NCBI GenBank assembly: GCA_963793265.1
Contig: CAWBZI010000006.1
Location: 288,001-352,000, forward strand
DNA from: an uncultured cyanobacterium
GTDB lineage: Bacteria > Cyanobacteriota > Cyanobacteriia > Phormidesmidales > Phormidesmidaceae
Reading direction: 5' to 3'
Length of the DNA stretch: 64,000 bases
Shown: positions 50,639 through 59,652 of the stretch, in pieces
Numbering within the stretch: position 1 is the stretch's first letter
Layout of the letters: the number at the start of each line of letters is the position of its first letter
The notes under the pieces: generated by a model
Database searches by the model: none
Told to the model about the DNA's origin: nothing
Seen by the model: the letters and a program-made list of their open reading frames with translations, nothing else
Translations under genes and position numbers: made by a program

Positions 50639-52324
50639 ATGCCGGATAATCGCAAAAGTCAGGTAGTCACCCAGGGCGTACAGCGGGCTCCTAACCGAGC
50701 GATGCTAAGGGCAGTGGGCTTTGGTGATGACGATTTCAAAAAGCCCATTGTCGGCCTTGCCAATGGCTACAGCACAATCACACCCTGCAACATGGGCATC
50801 AATTCTCTTGCCCTTCGCGGTGAAGCGGCCCTAAGAGAAGCGGGCGCAATGCCTCAAATGTTCGGCACCATCACCATCAGCGACGGCATTTCGATGGGCA
50901 CCGAAGGGATGAAATATTCCCTGGTGTCTCGTGAGGTGATTGCCGACTCTATTGAAACGGCCTGCACGGGTCAGAGTATGGACGCGGTGCTAGCGATTGG
51001 TGGCTGCGATAAGAATATGCCGGGGGCGGTGATTGCGATCGCCCGCATGAATATCCCCGCTGTGTTCGTCTACGGCGGTACCATCAAGCCCGGCCACTTA
51101 GACGGCGAAGACCTTACCGTTGTTAGCGCCTTTGAAGCCGTTGGTCAGTACAGCGCCGGTAAAATTAGCAAAGAACGTCTGGATGCAGTAGAGCGCCATT
51201 CTTGTCCGGGCGCAGGCTCCTGCGGCGGCATGTTTACGGCAAACACGATGTCTTCTGCCATTGAGGCAATGGGTCTGAGCCTACCAGGATCTTCGACGAT
51301 GGCCGCTGAAGATGAAGAAAAAGCCGTCAGTACTGAAAAGTCTGCTTTTGCTTTGGTAGAAGCGATTCGGCAGCAGATTTTGCCCAAAGATATTCTGACG
51401 CGGAAGGCGTTTGAGAATGCGATGTCGGTGATTATGGCGGTCGGCGGATCGACTAATTCGGTGCTGCATTTGCTTGCGATCGCCCACACCATCGGCGTAG
51501 ATCTCACCATCGACGACTTTGAAGCCATCCGCCAAAAAGTCCCCGTCTTCTGCGACCTCAAGCCTTCAGGCCGCTACGTCGCCACCGACCTCCACAAATC
51601 CGGCGGCATCCCCCAGGTGATGAAAATGCTCCTCAACGAAGGACTCCTCCACGGCGATGCCCTCACCGTCAGCGGCCAAACCGTAGCCGAAGTTTTAGCC
51701 GACATCCCCGACCAGCCCTCACCCGATCAAGATGTCATCCGCCCCTTCAACAAGCCGATGTATCCCCAAGGCCACCTCGGCATCCTCAAAGGCAACCTGG
51801 CCCCCGAAGGCGCAGTCTCCAAACTCACCGGCATCAAAAACCGCTCCATCACCGGCCCCGCCCGCGTCTTTGAATCCGAAGAAGACTGCCTAGACGCAAT
51901 CCTAGCCAACAAAATCAAAGCAGGCGATGTCATCGTCGTACGCTACGAAGGCCCCAAAGGTGGCCCTGGAATGCGTGAAATGCTCGCCCCCACTTCCGCC
52001 ATCATCGGCGCAGGCTTAGGCGACTCAGTGGGCCTCATCACCGATGGCCGATTCTCCGGCGGCACCTACGGCATGGTCGTTGGCCACGTCGCCCCCGAAG
52101 CTGCAGTCGGCGGCACCATCGGCCTCGTCAAAGAAGGCGACACCATCACCATCGACGCCGATAAGCTGTTGCTGCAAGTGAACGTCTCTGATGATGAACT
52201 GGCAGAACGCAAAACGCAGTGGAGTCCGCCGAAGCCTCGTTATGAGCGTGGTGTGCTGGCGAAGTACGCGAAGTTGGTTTCTTCAAGCAGTAAAGGCGCT
52301 GTAACAGATAGAGACTTGTTCTAG
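50639..52324 (+). CDS. ilvD: Dihydroxy-acid dehydratase
   Basis: [24 protein letters not shown] and TDGRFSG motifs. Confidence 0.97.
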   Translation: MPDNRKSQVVTQGVQRAPNRAMLRAVGFGDDDFKKPIVGLANGYSTITPCNMGINSLALRGEAALREAGAMPQMFGTITISDGISMGTEGMKYSLVSREVIADSIETACTGQSMDAVLAIGGCDKNMPGAVIAIARMNIPAVFVYGGTIKPGHLDGEDLTVVSAFEAVGQYSAGKISKERLDAVERHSCPGAGSCGGMFTANTMSSAIEAMGLSLPGSSTMAAEDEEKAVSTEKSAFALVEAIRQQILPKDILTRKAFENAMSVIMAVGGSTNSVLHLLAIAHTIGVDLTIDDFEAIRQKVPVFCDLKPSGRYVATDLHKSGGIPQVMKMLLNEGLLHGDALTVSGQTVAEVLADIPDQPSPDQDVIRPFNKPMYPQGHLGILKGNLAPEGAVSKLTGIKNRSITGPARVFESEEDCLDAILANKIKAGDVIVVRYEGPKGGPGMREMLAPTSAIIGAGLGDSVGLITDGRFSGGTYGMVVGHVAPEAAVGGTIGLVKEGDTITIDADKLLLQVNVSDDELAERKTQWSPPKPRYERGVLAKYAKLVSSSSKGAVTDRDLF

Positions 52325-52419
52325 GAAGTTACAATCACTTAAAAGCGCTAGCTAGAGTCATCACCAGATTTTTCTAGCTAGTTGCTGATTCATTAAGCGG
52401 CGAACACTAACGAATAGCT

Positions 52420-52656
52420 ATGTCAGTCAGCTCAGAAACGGTTAAGCGAGACATCGATTTACTCACCAGCGATCAGCTTCAGCAGATTGCTGATTTTATC
52501 GCTTTTTTGAGGTTTCGAGATAAGCGTCAACACATCGTCTTAGATCCTGAGCAGCTAGCTCTATTAGCGACTGAGTTTGCTGATGAGGATCGGGCGATTG
52601 CAGAAGAGGGCATAAATGACTACGCCAAGATGCTTCTACAAGAAGACAAATCATGA
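52420..52656 (+). CDS. Putative antitoxin (DUF2281-like) of the MazF toxin
   Basis: IADFIAFLRFR; ATGA-coupled to the toxin gene. Confidence 0.7.
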   Translation: MSVSSETVKRDIDLLTSDQLQQIADFIAFLRFRDKRQHIVLDPEQLALLATEFADEDRAIAEEGINDYAKMLLQEDKS

Positions 52657-53006
52657 AAGCGCCGCTGAAACGAGGCGAAGTTTGGCTAGCTGCGCTAAAT
52701 CCGTCTCAAGGCTCCGAACAGGCGGGTACCCGCCCAGTCATTATCTTTCAGAACAACGTCATATCACAGTTTTCTACCACGATCATTACCATCCCCCTAA
52801 CAAGTAATCAGCGCCGTGCTAGATTGCCTATTTGCTTACTGATAGAGCAGGGAGACGGCGGCTTAGCACAAACTTCTGTCGCCTTGTGTTTTCAAATGCG
52901 CGCAATCGATAAAACACGGCTTATCAAAAAGCTGGGTCGGCTGAAAGAAAAAACGGTTACTCAACTAGAAGCAGTTGTCTTGATAACTCTAGGCTACGAG
53001 ACATAG
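52653..53006 (+). CDS. PemK/MazF-family endoribonuclease toxin
   Basis: RGEVWLAALNP...GSEQAGTRPV, PLTS and QMRAIDKTRL motifs. Confidence 0.92.
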   Translation: MKAPLKRGEVWLAALNPSQGSEQAGTRPVIIFQNNVISQFSTTIITIPLTSNQRRARLPICLLIEQGDGGLAQTSVALCFQMRAIDKTRLIKKLGRLKEKTVTQLEAVVLITLGYET

Positions 53007-53036
53007 ATTTTTCGTCAGTCATTCTTTAAATAACTC

Positions 53037-53255
53037 ATGAGTAAGTATAGTCTGTTCATTCAATGGTCTGACGAAGATCAGCTTTTCCTTGTAACGATTC
53101 CAGAATTTGATGGGCTTGTACTTATGCCTTGCACTCACGGAAAGACCCGTGAGGAAGCTATTAAAAATGGCGAAGAGGTTATTGAGATGTATCTAGAAGC
53201 GTGGCAAATAGAAGGGGAATCCATTCCCAAACCCAGAACGCTACAGGCTGCATAA
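53037..53255 (+). CDS. HicB-family antitoxin (no hicA partner visible)
   Basis: IQWSDEDQLFLVTIPEF...THGKTREEA...GESIPKP. Confidence 0.85.
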   Translation: MSKYSLFIQWSDEDQLFLVTIPEFDGLVLMPCTHGKTREEAIKNGEEVIEMYLEAWQIEGESIPKPRTLQAA

Positions 53256-53272
53256 CATATGCAATAAATATA

Positions 53273-53347
53273 ATGATTAGCTCCGCCGAAATTCAAGATT
53301 TTTGTCAGGAGATTGTTAACAATAGCATTGTCAACCTGCATAGCTAG
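53273..53347 (+). pseudogene. Possible truncated 5' remnant of a minimal nucleotidyltransferase (MNT) antitoxin
   Basis: MISSAEIQDFCQEIVNNSIVNLHS*; resembles MNT N-termini from memory but stops before any LFGS motif. Confidence 0.3.
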
Positions 53348-53414
53348 ATATTTACGCAAAGTGGATTAGTAAGCTGGCTTACAATTAAGACAACCGTTAA
53401 AGGAGGGCCACTCT

Positions 53415-53798
53415 TTGACACTTCAAGAGCTTCAGAATCAAGTGCTACAGTTACCATTAAACGAGCGCTGGCGGCTAGTACAACAGATATTAGCCTCTAT
53501 TCAATACGAAACTGTCTCTCCTGAATCCTCTTCCCCAGAAGGCTCTGAATTTCAGCATATTTACTATCGATTAGGCAGTAGCGGCAAGGCCAGTCCTACA
53601 ATCAAAGGAACTCGTATTAGGGTTCAGACGATCGCAATCTCAGCGCAGCACTGGAACTGGCAACCTGAGCAAATTGCAGAGGAATACGGTTTATCTGAAG
53701 ACCAAGTGGTCGAAGCTCTAAAGTTCTACGAATTGCACAAGGCTGACATTGACTCAGACATCACGTCTGAAGCAGTCTTTGCAGCAACGTATGTCTAA
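53415..53798 (+). CDS. DUF433-domain antitoxin
   Basis: AGGAGG before the TTG start; PTIKGTRIRV...IAEEYGLSEDQVVEALKFY. Confidence 0.8.
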   Translation: MTLQELQNQVLQLPLNERWRLVQQILASIQYETVSPESSSPEGSEFQHIYYRLGSSGKASPTIKGTRIRVQTIAISAQHWNWQPEQIAEEYGLSEDQVVEALKFYELHKADIDSDITSEAVFAATYV

Positions 53799-54144
53799 GC
53801 TTAAACTGCATCTGGATGCAGATGTTTCGATCAAGGCTTTGCATTCAGCATTACTCAATCGGGGACACGATGTTACAAGAACCCCGAATGGTTGGATGCC
53901 CGAGGACGCCAGTGATGAGTTTCAGCTAATCACTGCGACCGAGCAGGGGCGCTGCATTCTTACATACAACGTCAAAGACTTTATTGCACTAGCAAGCAAG
54001 TTTCCGCAGCATCAGGGCATTTTGCTTGCAACACAAAGAGATTGTTTTTTTTCAGATTTGATTCGTTCGCTAGAGCGAGTACTTACAGAGACTCACTCTA
54101 AGGATTGGAAAGATCATGTGGGTTGGCTAAGTCAGTGGCGTTAG
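53791..54144 (+). CDS. DUF5615-family PIN-like toxin
   Basis: KLHLDAD, GHDV, SDEFQL, TYNVKDF and HQGI motifs; overlaps the DUF433 gene. Confidence 0.85.
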   Translation: MSKLKLHLDADVSIKALHSALLNRGHDVTRTPNGWMPEDASDEFQLITATEQGRCILTYNVKDFIALASKFPQHQGILLATQRDCFFSDLIRSLERVLTETHSKDWKDHVGWLSQWR

Positions 54145-54161
54145 CGATCGCAAATAGTCCA

Positions 54162-55061
54162 TCAATTAGCCTGCGCTTCTAGCTCATTAATAAGCCCCTG
54201 CAACTGCTCGCTATCAGCGTGGTACTTCTCATTGCAAAAGTGGCAAACCGCCTCAGCCCCATGATCTACTTCAATCATGTCTTTGAGTTCATCGACGCCG
54301 AGTAGCTTGAGTGCGCCCAACATGCGATCGCGCGTACATTTACAGCTAAACTGCACAAGCTGAGAACTCGGCAGCATTTCTAACCCAATATCACCCACCA
54401 GCTCTTCAATAATCTGCGGCAGCGTCTTCCCCGCTCGCAGCAAAGGCGTAAATCCCTGCAATTCTTTTAGCCGCTCTTCTAAGACCGTAATTAACAGCTC
54501 ATCGCGCGCGGCCTTTGGCAAAATCTGCAATAGCAAGCCGCCTGCAACCTCCACACCATCTGCACCGACAAACACGCCCAGCACCAAAGCCGAAGGCGTC
54601 TGCTCAGAGGTCGCTAAATAGTGCGTAATATCGTCGCCAATCTCACCTGAAATTAGCTCTACGGTGCTGGAATACGGATAGCCATGGCCGACATCGCGCA
54701 CCACGTACAAGTAGCCATCGGTACCAATCGCACCACCCACATCCAGCTTGCCGTTTTCATTCGGCGGCAGCTCCACATGCGGCTTTTCCACATAGCCGCG
54801 CACGGTTCCATCTAGCCCAGCATCTACTAACAACCCGCCCAAAGGCCCATCGCCTTTAACGCGAATATTTACCCGAGACTGTGGCTTTTTCATACTCGAA
54901 GCCAGCAGTAAACCTGCCGTCATTGAGCGGCCTAGCGCTGCGGTTGCCACGTATGAAAGGCCGTGACGCTGACGGGCAATTTCTGTGAGGCGAGTGGTGG
55001 TCACGCCAACAACTCTAATACCGCCATCTGCTGCGATCGCCCGAATTAACTGATCTGCCAT
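54162..55061 (-). CDS. hslO: Hsp33 redox-regulated chaperone
   Basis: YLATSEQTPS and the C-terminal CKC...CHFC zinc site. Confidence 0.95.
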   Translation of the reverse strand: MADQLIRAIAADGGIRVVGVTTTRLTEIARQRHGLSYVATAALGRSMTAGLLLASSMKKPQSRVNIRVKGDGPLGGLLVDAGLDGTVRGYVEKPHVELPPNENGKLDVGGAIGTDGYLYVVRDVGHGYPYSSTVELISGEIGDDITHYLATSEQTPSALVLGVFVGADGVEVAGGLLLQILPKAARDELLITVLEERLKELQGFTPLLRAGKTLPQIIEELVGDIGLEMLPSSQLVQFSCKCTRDRMLGALKLLGVDELKDMIEVDHGAEAVCHFCNEKYHADSEQLQGLINELEAQAN

Positions 55062-55138
55062 ACCCAATTTCTAAATCGTATTTATCTACTTATTGTAGAA
55101 CCCCGCTCAGTAATTCCTCCACCCGCAAAAAAACAGAC

Positions 55139-55168
55139 AAAAAAACGCCTCCTAATATATAGAAGGCG
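55139..55168 (-). terminator. Probable terminator after chlP
   Basis: CGCCTCCTA-ATATA-TAGAAGGCG hairpin followed by a T-run on the minus strand. Confidence 0.55.
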
Positions 55169-55277
55169 CTAAAGACAAAGAGGATAACGCAGTCATTAGC
55201 CTTCAATCTCTTGGGGAATTGGCTAGGCCGTTCCCCCGGCAAATCAGAGATTAAGACAGTTGCTTCAAAGCATCCAT

Positions 55278-56516
55278 TTAAGGAGCCAACGCATAACCAC
55301 GAAGCAGGCTACCAACCGTCTTCGCAGTAATCTTCATCTGCGTTAGTGGGTTAGCAGGCACAACAGTTTTATACAAGTAGCTGTCAAACGTCAGCTTTTG
55401 CACGTCGATGTCAGAGCACATTTCAACAAAGGCTTCGCGAGAGGCGTCACTGCGATAGAACACGCGCTGCAAAATATCAAGCACTTTGTAAGTAAGGCCG
55501 TATTCCTTATCCCACTGCTTGATATACAGCTTCAGCTCGTCCTCAGTGAGGGCGCGAGCACCGTTTTCGGAGTACTTCACAATAGTTTCAGCACACATGC
55601 GAGCCGACTTAGCCGCAAAGTAAATGCCTTCACCCGAAGACTTCGTAACCGTACCAGCAGCATCACCAACCAGGGCAACCCGGCCAACCACGCGGCGAGG
55701 TCTGGGATGCTCAGGAATGGGGTGCGCCTCTACCTTAATGATTTCACCACCTTCGAGACGCTTAGCCGCACGGGCTCTGATGCCGCGCTGCAATTCTTTA
55801 ATGCGGGCCTGGTTAGGGCGCATGGTGCCAGTGCCGACTGCAACGTGGTCGTACTTGGGAAATACCCAGGCGTAGAAGTCAGGCGATACGTCATCACCGA
55901 CGTACATTTCGGCCAGCTCTTCGTAGTAAGCCATTTTGTCTTCGGGCAGGCGAATGCGCTCTTGGAAAGCGATCGCATAGTTATAGTCACCCGCATCAAT
56001 CGCTCTAGCCACACGAGAGTTTGCGCCGTCTGCGCCAATCACCATGTCTACTTTGAGCGTTTTGGCTTCACCCTGAAGACCTTCCTTTGAGTGGTCTGCA
56101 TAGTGCAGCACGTAAGGATCTCTGTCGTTACCAGGGATTTCGAGCTTGTGCACGGTGCCGTTGATTAGCTTAGCGCCGAGCTTGTGGGCTCTATCGCGCA
56201 AAAAGCCGTCTAGCACTTCGCGGCGACACATGCCGATGTACTCATCATCATTGAGCGTTTCACCGATGTTCACTTCTACGTTAGAAGGTGAAATCATCTT
56301 CATTTTGCGAACGCGACGATCGATGATTTCGGGGGGCAAATCAAACTCGTCAACCATGCAAAGTGGAATAGCGCCGCCACAGGGCTTTGCGTTGTCCAGC
56401 TTGCGCTCAAACATGTATGTCTCGATACCTGCTTTAACCAGTATCTCTGCGGCGGAAGATCCCGCTGAACCGGCTCCTACTACTGCGACCCGAAGTGCCA
56501 AGGGCTTATGCTCCAC
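55278..56516 (-). CDS. chlP: Geranylgeranyl reductase
   Basis: AKPCGGAIPLCM, GADGANS and GDAAG...SSGEGIYFA motifs. Confidence 0.95.
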   Translation of the reverse strand: MEHKPLALRVAVVGAGSAGSSAAEILVKAGIETYMFERKLDNAKPCGGAIPLCMVDEFDLPPEIIDRRVRKMKMISPSNVEVNIGETLNDDEYIGMCRREVLDGFLRDRAHKLGAKLINGTVHKLEIPGNDRDPYVLHYADHSKEGLQGEAKTLKVDMVIGADGANSRVARAIDAGDYNYAIAFQERIRLPEDKMAYYEELAEMYVGDDVSPDFYAWVFPKYDHVAVGTGTMRPNQARIKELQRGIRARAAKRLEGGEIIKVEAHPIPEHPRPRRVVGRVALVGDAAGTVTKSSGEGIYFAAKSARMCAETIVKYSENGARALTEDELKLYIKQWDKEYGLTYKVLDILQRVFYRSDASREAFVEMCSDIDVQKLTFDSYLYKTVVPANPLTQMKITAKTVGSLLRGYALAP

Positions 56517-56646
56517 GAAATAAAAAACCTATGAGAAAAATCGTATACCGCTTTGAGGGGGGATGCTCGTAGAAGGCGCTTATGTTAAGCACATTGAAAC
56601 ACTGATTTACATTGCGAAAGGAATAAAAGCGCGTAATGCTGAGCCA

Positions 56647-57903
56647 TTATCCTTCTGGCAAATCGAAATAAAAGGTGCTGCCTTTACCTACGGTTGATTG
56701 CACGCTGAGCTGTCCCTTGTGCTGTTCTATCACCCGCTGACACAGCGCTAACCCAATACCGGAGCCTTCCGTTCTGTTCTTGCCTGCTCTGTTGAACATC
56801 TCAAAAATAGAGGCTTGCGATTCGGGTGGAATGCCGGGGCCGTTGTCGCTGATGCTGAATTTCCAGCGAGAGATTTGAGGGCGTGCAACCAACTGTCTGT
56901 TTGGGTGTTTCTTATACTGTCTCTCGGCGGCGATCGCAACAGTTGGGGTATCTGTATTGTTGTGAACAATGGCGTTTTTAATCAGGTTACTCGTGAGCTG
57001 AATAAGTAGCTGGCGGCTGCCGTAGACGACCGGCAGGTTGTCCCAGGTTACGTCTATGCGCTTTCCCTGAGCGCTGCGCTCTTGAATTAACGCCTGTAGT
57101 AGCTCTATCGAATCGCTCATCACAGCGTTCATGTCTACGGCGGTAAAGTCTTCAACGGTTTGCGATCGCAACTTCCCATAGTCCAACAGCGCGCCCACCG
57201 TTTGGTTCATCCCCTTCGCCGTCCGCCGACCCATCTCCACCAGCTTTTCCTGCTTCGCAGTCAGATTAGTGCGTTCGATCAAAGCAAGCGAGCTAGTGAT
57301 CACACCTAAGGGATTGCGAAGCTCGTGAGCCACCGTATGACTAAAACTCTCTAGAATTTCGTTGCTTTGTTTGAGCTGAGCTAGGGTATCTCGCAAAGCA
57401 TACTGCCGCGCCCGGTTACGCAGACAAGAGCTAACCAGTGTCGAAAATAGGAGTCTTTTTAGCGGCAGCTCTAGCAGCACGACGCTGCGGTGATGGGTGG
57501 TTTGGCCCAGTAGCGCCAGGCAGTCGCCAAACCGCTGACATTCTGAAAGTAGAATAATTACCGGAATATCTGACCAGTCGGGCTGCTGACTGAGGCGATC
57601 GCCTAGCTGCCGGGCCAAATCCTTATTCGCCAGCACTTCTTCAGTGAGCACCACTAGCGAGGCTTCAGAGGCAATCGCCTCCGAAACCGCCTCTACCGTT
57701 GGCTCATACATGCAAACAACCGCCTGCGCTGCTAGCATCTCTTGCAGCACCGCCGCATTCGGCCCCATGCGAGTAGCGAGCACCACGCGCGCCGGGATAG
57801 ATTCAGCCGCTTGTGCTGCTTGAGATTGTGCTGCTTGAGATTGTGCTGCTTGAGATTGTTGAGACTGCTCTGATTGAAGCGTTAGGGTCTTATTCTTTGC
57901 CAT
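56647..57903 (-). CDS. Cytoplasmic sensor histidine kinase with N-terminal receiver-like domain
   Basis: HELRNPL H-box; NLIKNA, DNGPGI and GSGIGL motifs; N-terminal LTEE...QPDWSDIP segment. Confidence 0.9.
   Translation of the reverse strand: MAKNKTLTLQSEQSQQSQAAQSQAAQSQAAQAAESIPARVVLATRMGPNAAVLQEMLAAQAVVCMYEPTVEAVSEAIASEASLVVLTEEVLANKDLARQLGDRLSQQPDWSDIPVIILLSECQRFGDCLALLGQTTHHRSVVLLELPLKRLLFSTLVSSCLRNRARQYALRDTLAQLKQSNEILESFSHTVAHELRNPLGVITSSLALIERTNLTAKQEKLVEMGRRTAKGMNQTVGALLDYGKLRSQTVEDFTAVDMNAVMSDSIELLQALIQERSAQGKRIDVTWDNLPVVYGSRQLLIQLTSNLIKNAIVHNNTDTPTVAIAAERQYKKHPNRQLVARPQISRWKFSISDNGPGIPPESQASIFEMFNRAGKNRTEGSGIGLALCQRVIEQHKGQLSVQSTVGKGSTFYFDLPEG
57811..57855. repeat. Perfect 15-bp tandem repeat x3 (encodes SQAAQ)
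   Basis: TTGTGCTGCTTGAGA x3. Confidence 0.9.
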
Positions 57904-59425
57904 CGTTCATTACAAAGTCGTTCGCTGTATAGTCTTGGTTGCTGTTAATGCGCTGTGGCATTCCAGAAAGGATGCCAGAGAAACCGCCCAGCGTTCGGCC
58001 AATCTCAATGCCGCCTTCCTCTATCTTCACTTCACAAATGTGTCTTTGATGCATCCCATAGCGATTTTTATAAACGCTGATCGCCTGCCTGATCTCACCA
58101 GCCGCTTCAAAGTGCCTCATGAGCAGAACAGTATCAGCTAAGTAGCTAATATCAACGGTCATATCCATTGAAATGCCGACAACGCCGTGCTGGGCCACCA
58201 TCAAAAAGGTCAGTACGCCCTGCTCGTTCAAACGCTTCATCAGCTCGTGCATTCGAGCAATCAGCCGATCTCTGCCGGGCATCGCGTTCATATAGCCTGT
58301 CAGCGTATCAACCACCACCATCTCAGCACCCCAATCTTCTACATCTCTATCGACCAGCGTAGAAAATTTTCCGGGGGTGATATTGCCAAAGCTCAGCTCG
58401 TGCAAACGTAGCCGGTCTTGCTCAACTAAGGGTACTAAATCCATCCCTAGCCCCTTAGAGCGCCGCGCAAACGTATCAATAGATTCATCGAATAAAAAGA
58501 TGCTGGCCCTGCCGCCCTGCTGCGCAAAGTGATAGAGAAACAGCGTGGCAATTGACGTTTTCCCGGTGCCTGATGGCCCCATCAGCAAGCAAGTCGTGCC
58601 TGAGAGCAGTCCGCCTCCAATTAGATCATCGAGTCCTGAAAGACCGCTGATTCTTTTTTCTGCTTTGGCAAGCTGTAAAGACTCTGCGCTGGCGAACTTA
58701 ATGTTCTCAGCCTGCCGGTGAGATCTATACACTTGCAGGCCGCTGTCTGTGATTTCAAAGTCGTGCACGCCGGGTTCGTAGTTGCTGGCGCGAATTTTAG
58801 TCACTCTAAGATAGCGGTGGTCGCTGCCGTGAGCGGTGGTAGAGAGCGACAGAGTGATAACCCCATGGGCCATGGAAACCAGTTCATGATCGCCTGAAGC
58901 AGCTTCGGGCGAGTCGGTGAGCAGCACCGTAATCTCTCTGCTAGACATATAGTCTCGCAGCATAAATAGCTGCTGGCGGTAGATCATCTCGTTGCCAGAG
59001 AGCATTCGCAACTGCGAGATACCATCGAACACAACCCGGCTAGGCTTAGCAGCATCAATAGTCTCCACGATAGCTTTCATGGTTTCTATCAGCTCAACTT
59101 CAGACGTATCGAAGATGGTTTGATTCTGGCTCAGCGCTTTAATCGCTGCAACTGAGCTGAGGTCGCAAAAAGAGATACCCGAAACATCAATACCTACTGA
59201 GGCTGCTGTTTGCTTCAGGCTTTCTATCCGCTGCGATAGGGCTAAACACATGACCTTCTCACCTGCGGCGGCGGCAGTCAAAAAATGCAGCGCCAGGGTG
59301 CTTTTTCCTGAGCCAGGTGCGCCGTTGATGACATAGAGTTCGCCAGTCGGCAGGCCACCGTGTAATATTTCGTCTAGGGTATCGAGTCCTGTAGAGGCGC
59401 GGTTTACGGCTTGATGCTGAACCAT
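57890..59425 (-). CDS. KaiC-like double-domain RecA-superfamily ATPase (not the clock KaiC)
   Basis: Two Walker A motifs (GAPGSGKS, GPSGTGKT); ISYLADTV at the KaiC phosphorylation position; overlaps the kinase gene. Confidence 0.88.
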   Translation of the reverse strand: MVQHQAVNRASTGLDTLDEILHGGLPTGELYVINGAPGSGKSTLALHFLTAAAAGEKVMCLALSQRIESLKQTAASVGIDVSGISFCDLSSVAAIKALSQNQTIFDTSEVELIETMKAIVETIDAAKPSRVVFDGISQLRMLSGNEMIYRQQLFMLRDYMSSREITVLLTDSPEAASGDHELVSMAHGVITLSLSTTAHGSDHRYLRVTKIRASNYEPGVHDFEITDSGLQVYRSHRQAENIKFASAESLQLAKAEKRISGLSGLDDLIGGGLLSGTTCLLMGPSGTGKTSIATLFLYHFAQQGGRASIFLFDESIDTFARRSKGLGMDLVPLVEQDRLRLHELSFGNITPGKFSTLVDRDVEDWGAEMVVVDTLTGYMNAMPGRDRLIARMHELMKRLNEQGVLTFLMVAQHGVVGISMDMTVDISYLADTVLLMRHFEAAGEIRQAISVYKNRYGMHQRHICEVKIEEGGIEIGRTLGGFSGILSGMPQRINSNQDYTANDFVMNDGKE

Positions 59426-59592
59426 TTCTTGAGAAGCTTTGATGAAAAAATTACGGAAGAGCACAAAACTACGCCCTCGGGTAGGGTAACGCAGCTTGGC
59501 AACCTAAGTTTAGAGAGAAAGGGTCTGCTGATAAATTTATACACAAAATCTGAGGAGAACCTTGAACCAGCATTCTCCTGAAAGCATTTCGT

Positions 59593-59606
59593 AGTACGCT
59601 TGTTCA
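59593..59606 (+). promoter_or_regulatory. Candidate LexA box upstream of nurA
   Basis: AGTACGCTTGTTCA matches RGTACNNNDGTWC; only the last B position deviates. Confidence 0.55.
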
Positions 59607-59652
59607 TGCCTATACGGCTGCTCTTCTTTCTCACTTCCACGGCAACCAAACT

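Noticed and set aside
55398..56090. 230-aa + strand ORF
   Set aside because: It is an antisense shadow of the highly conserved chlP.
57890..59425. Annotation as circadian kaiC
   Set aside because: It lacks the ST phosphosite pair and the EE catalytic motifs, and has no kaiA/kaiB neighbours.
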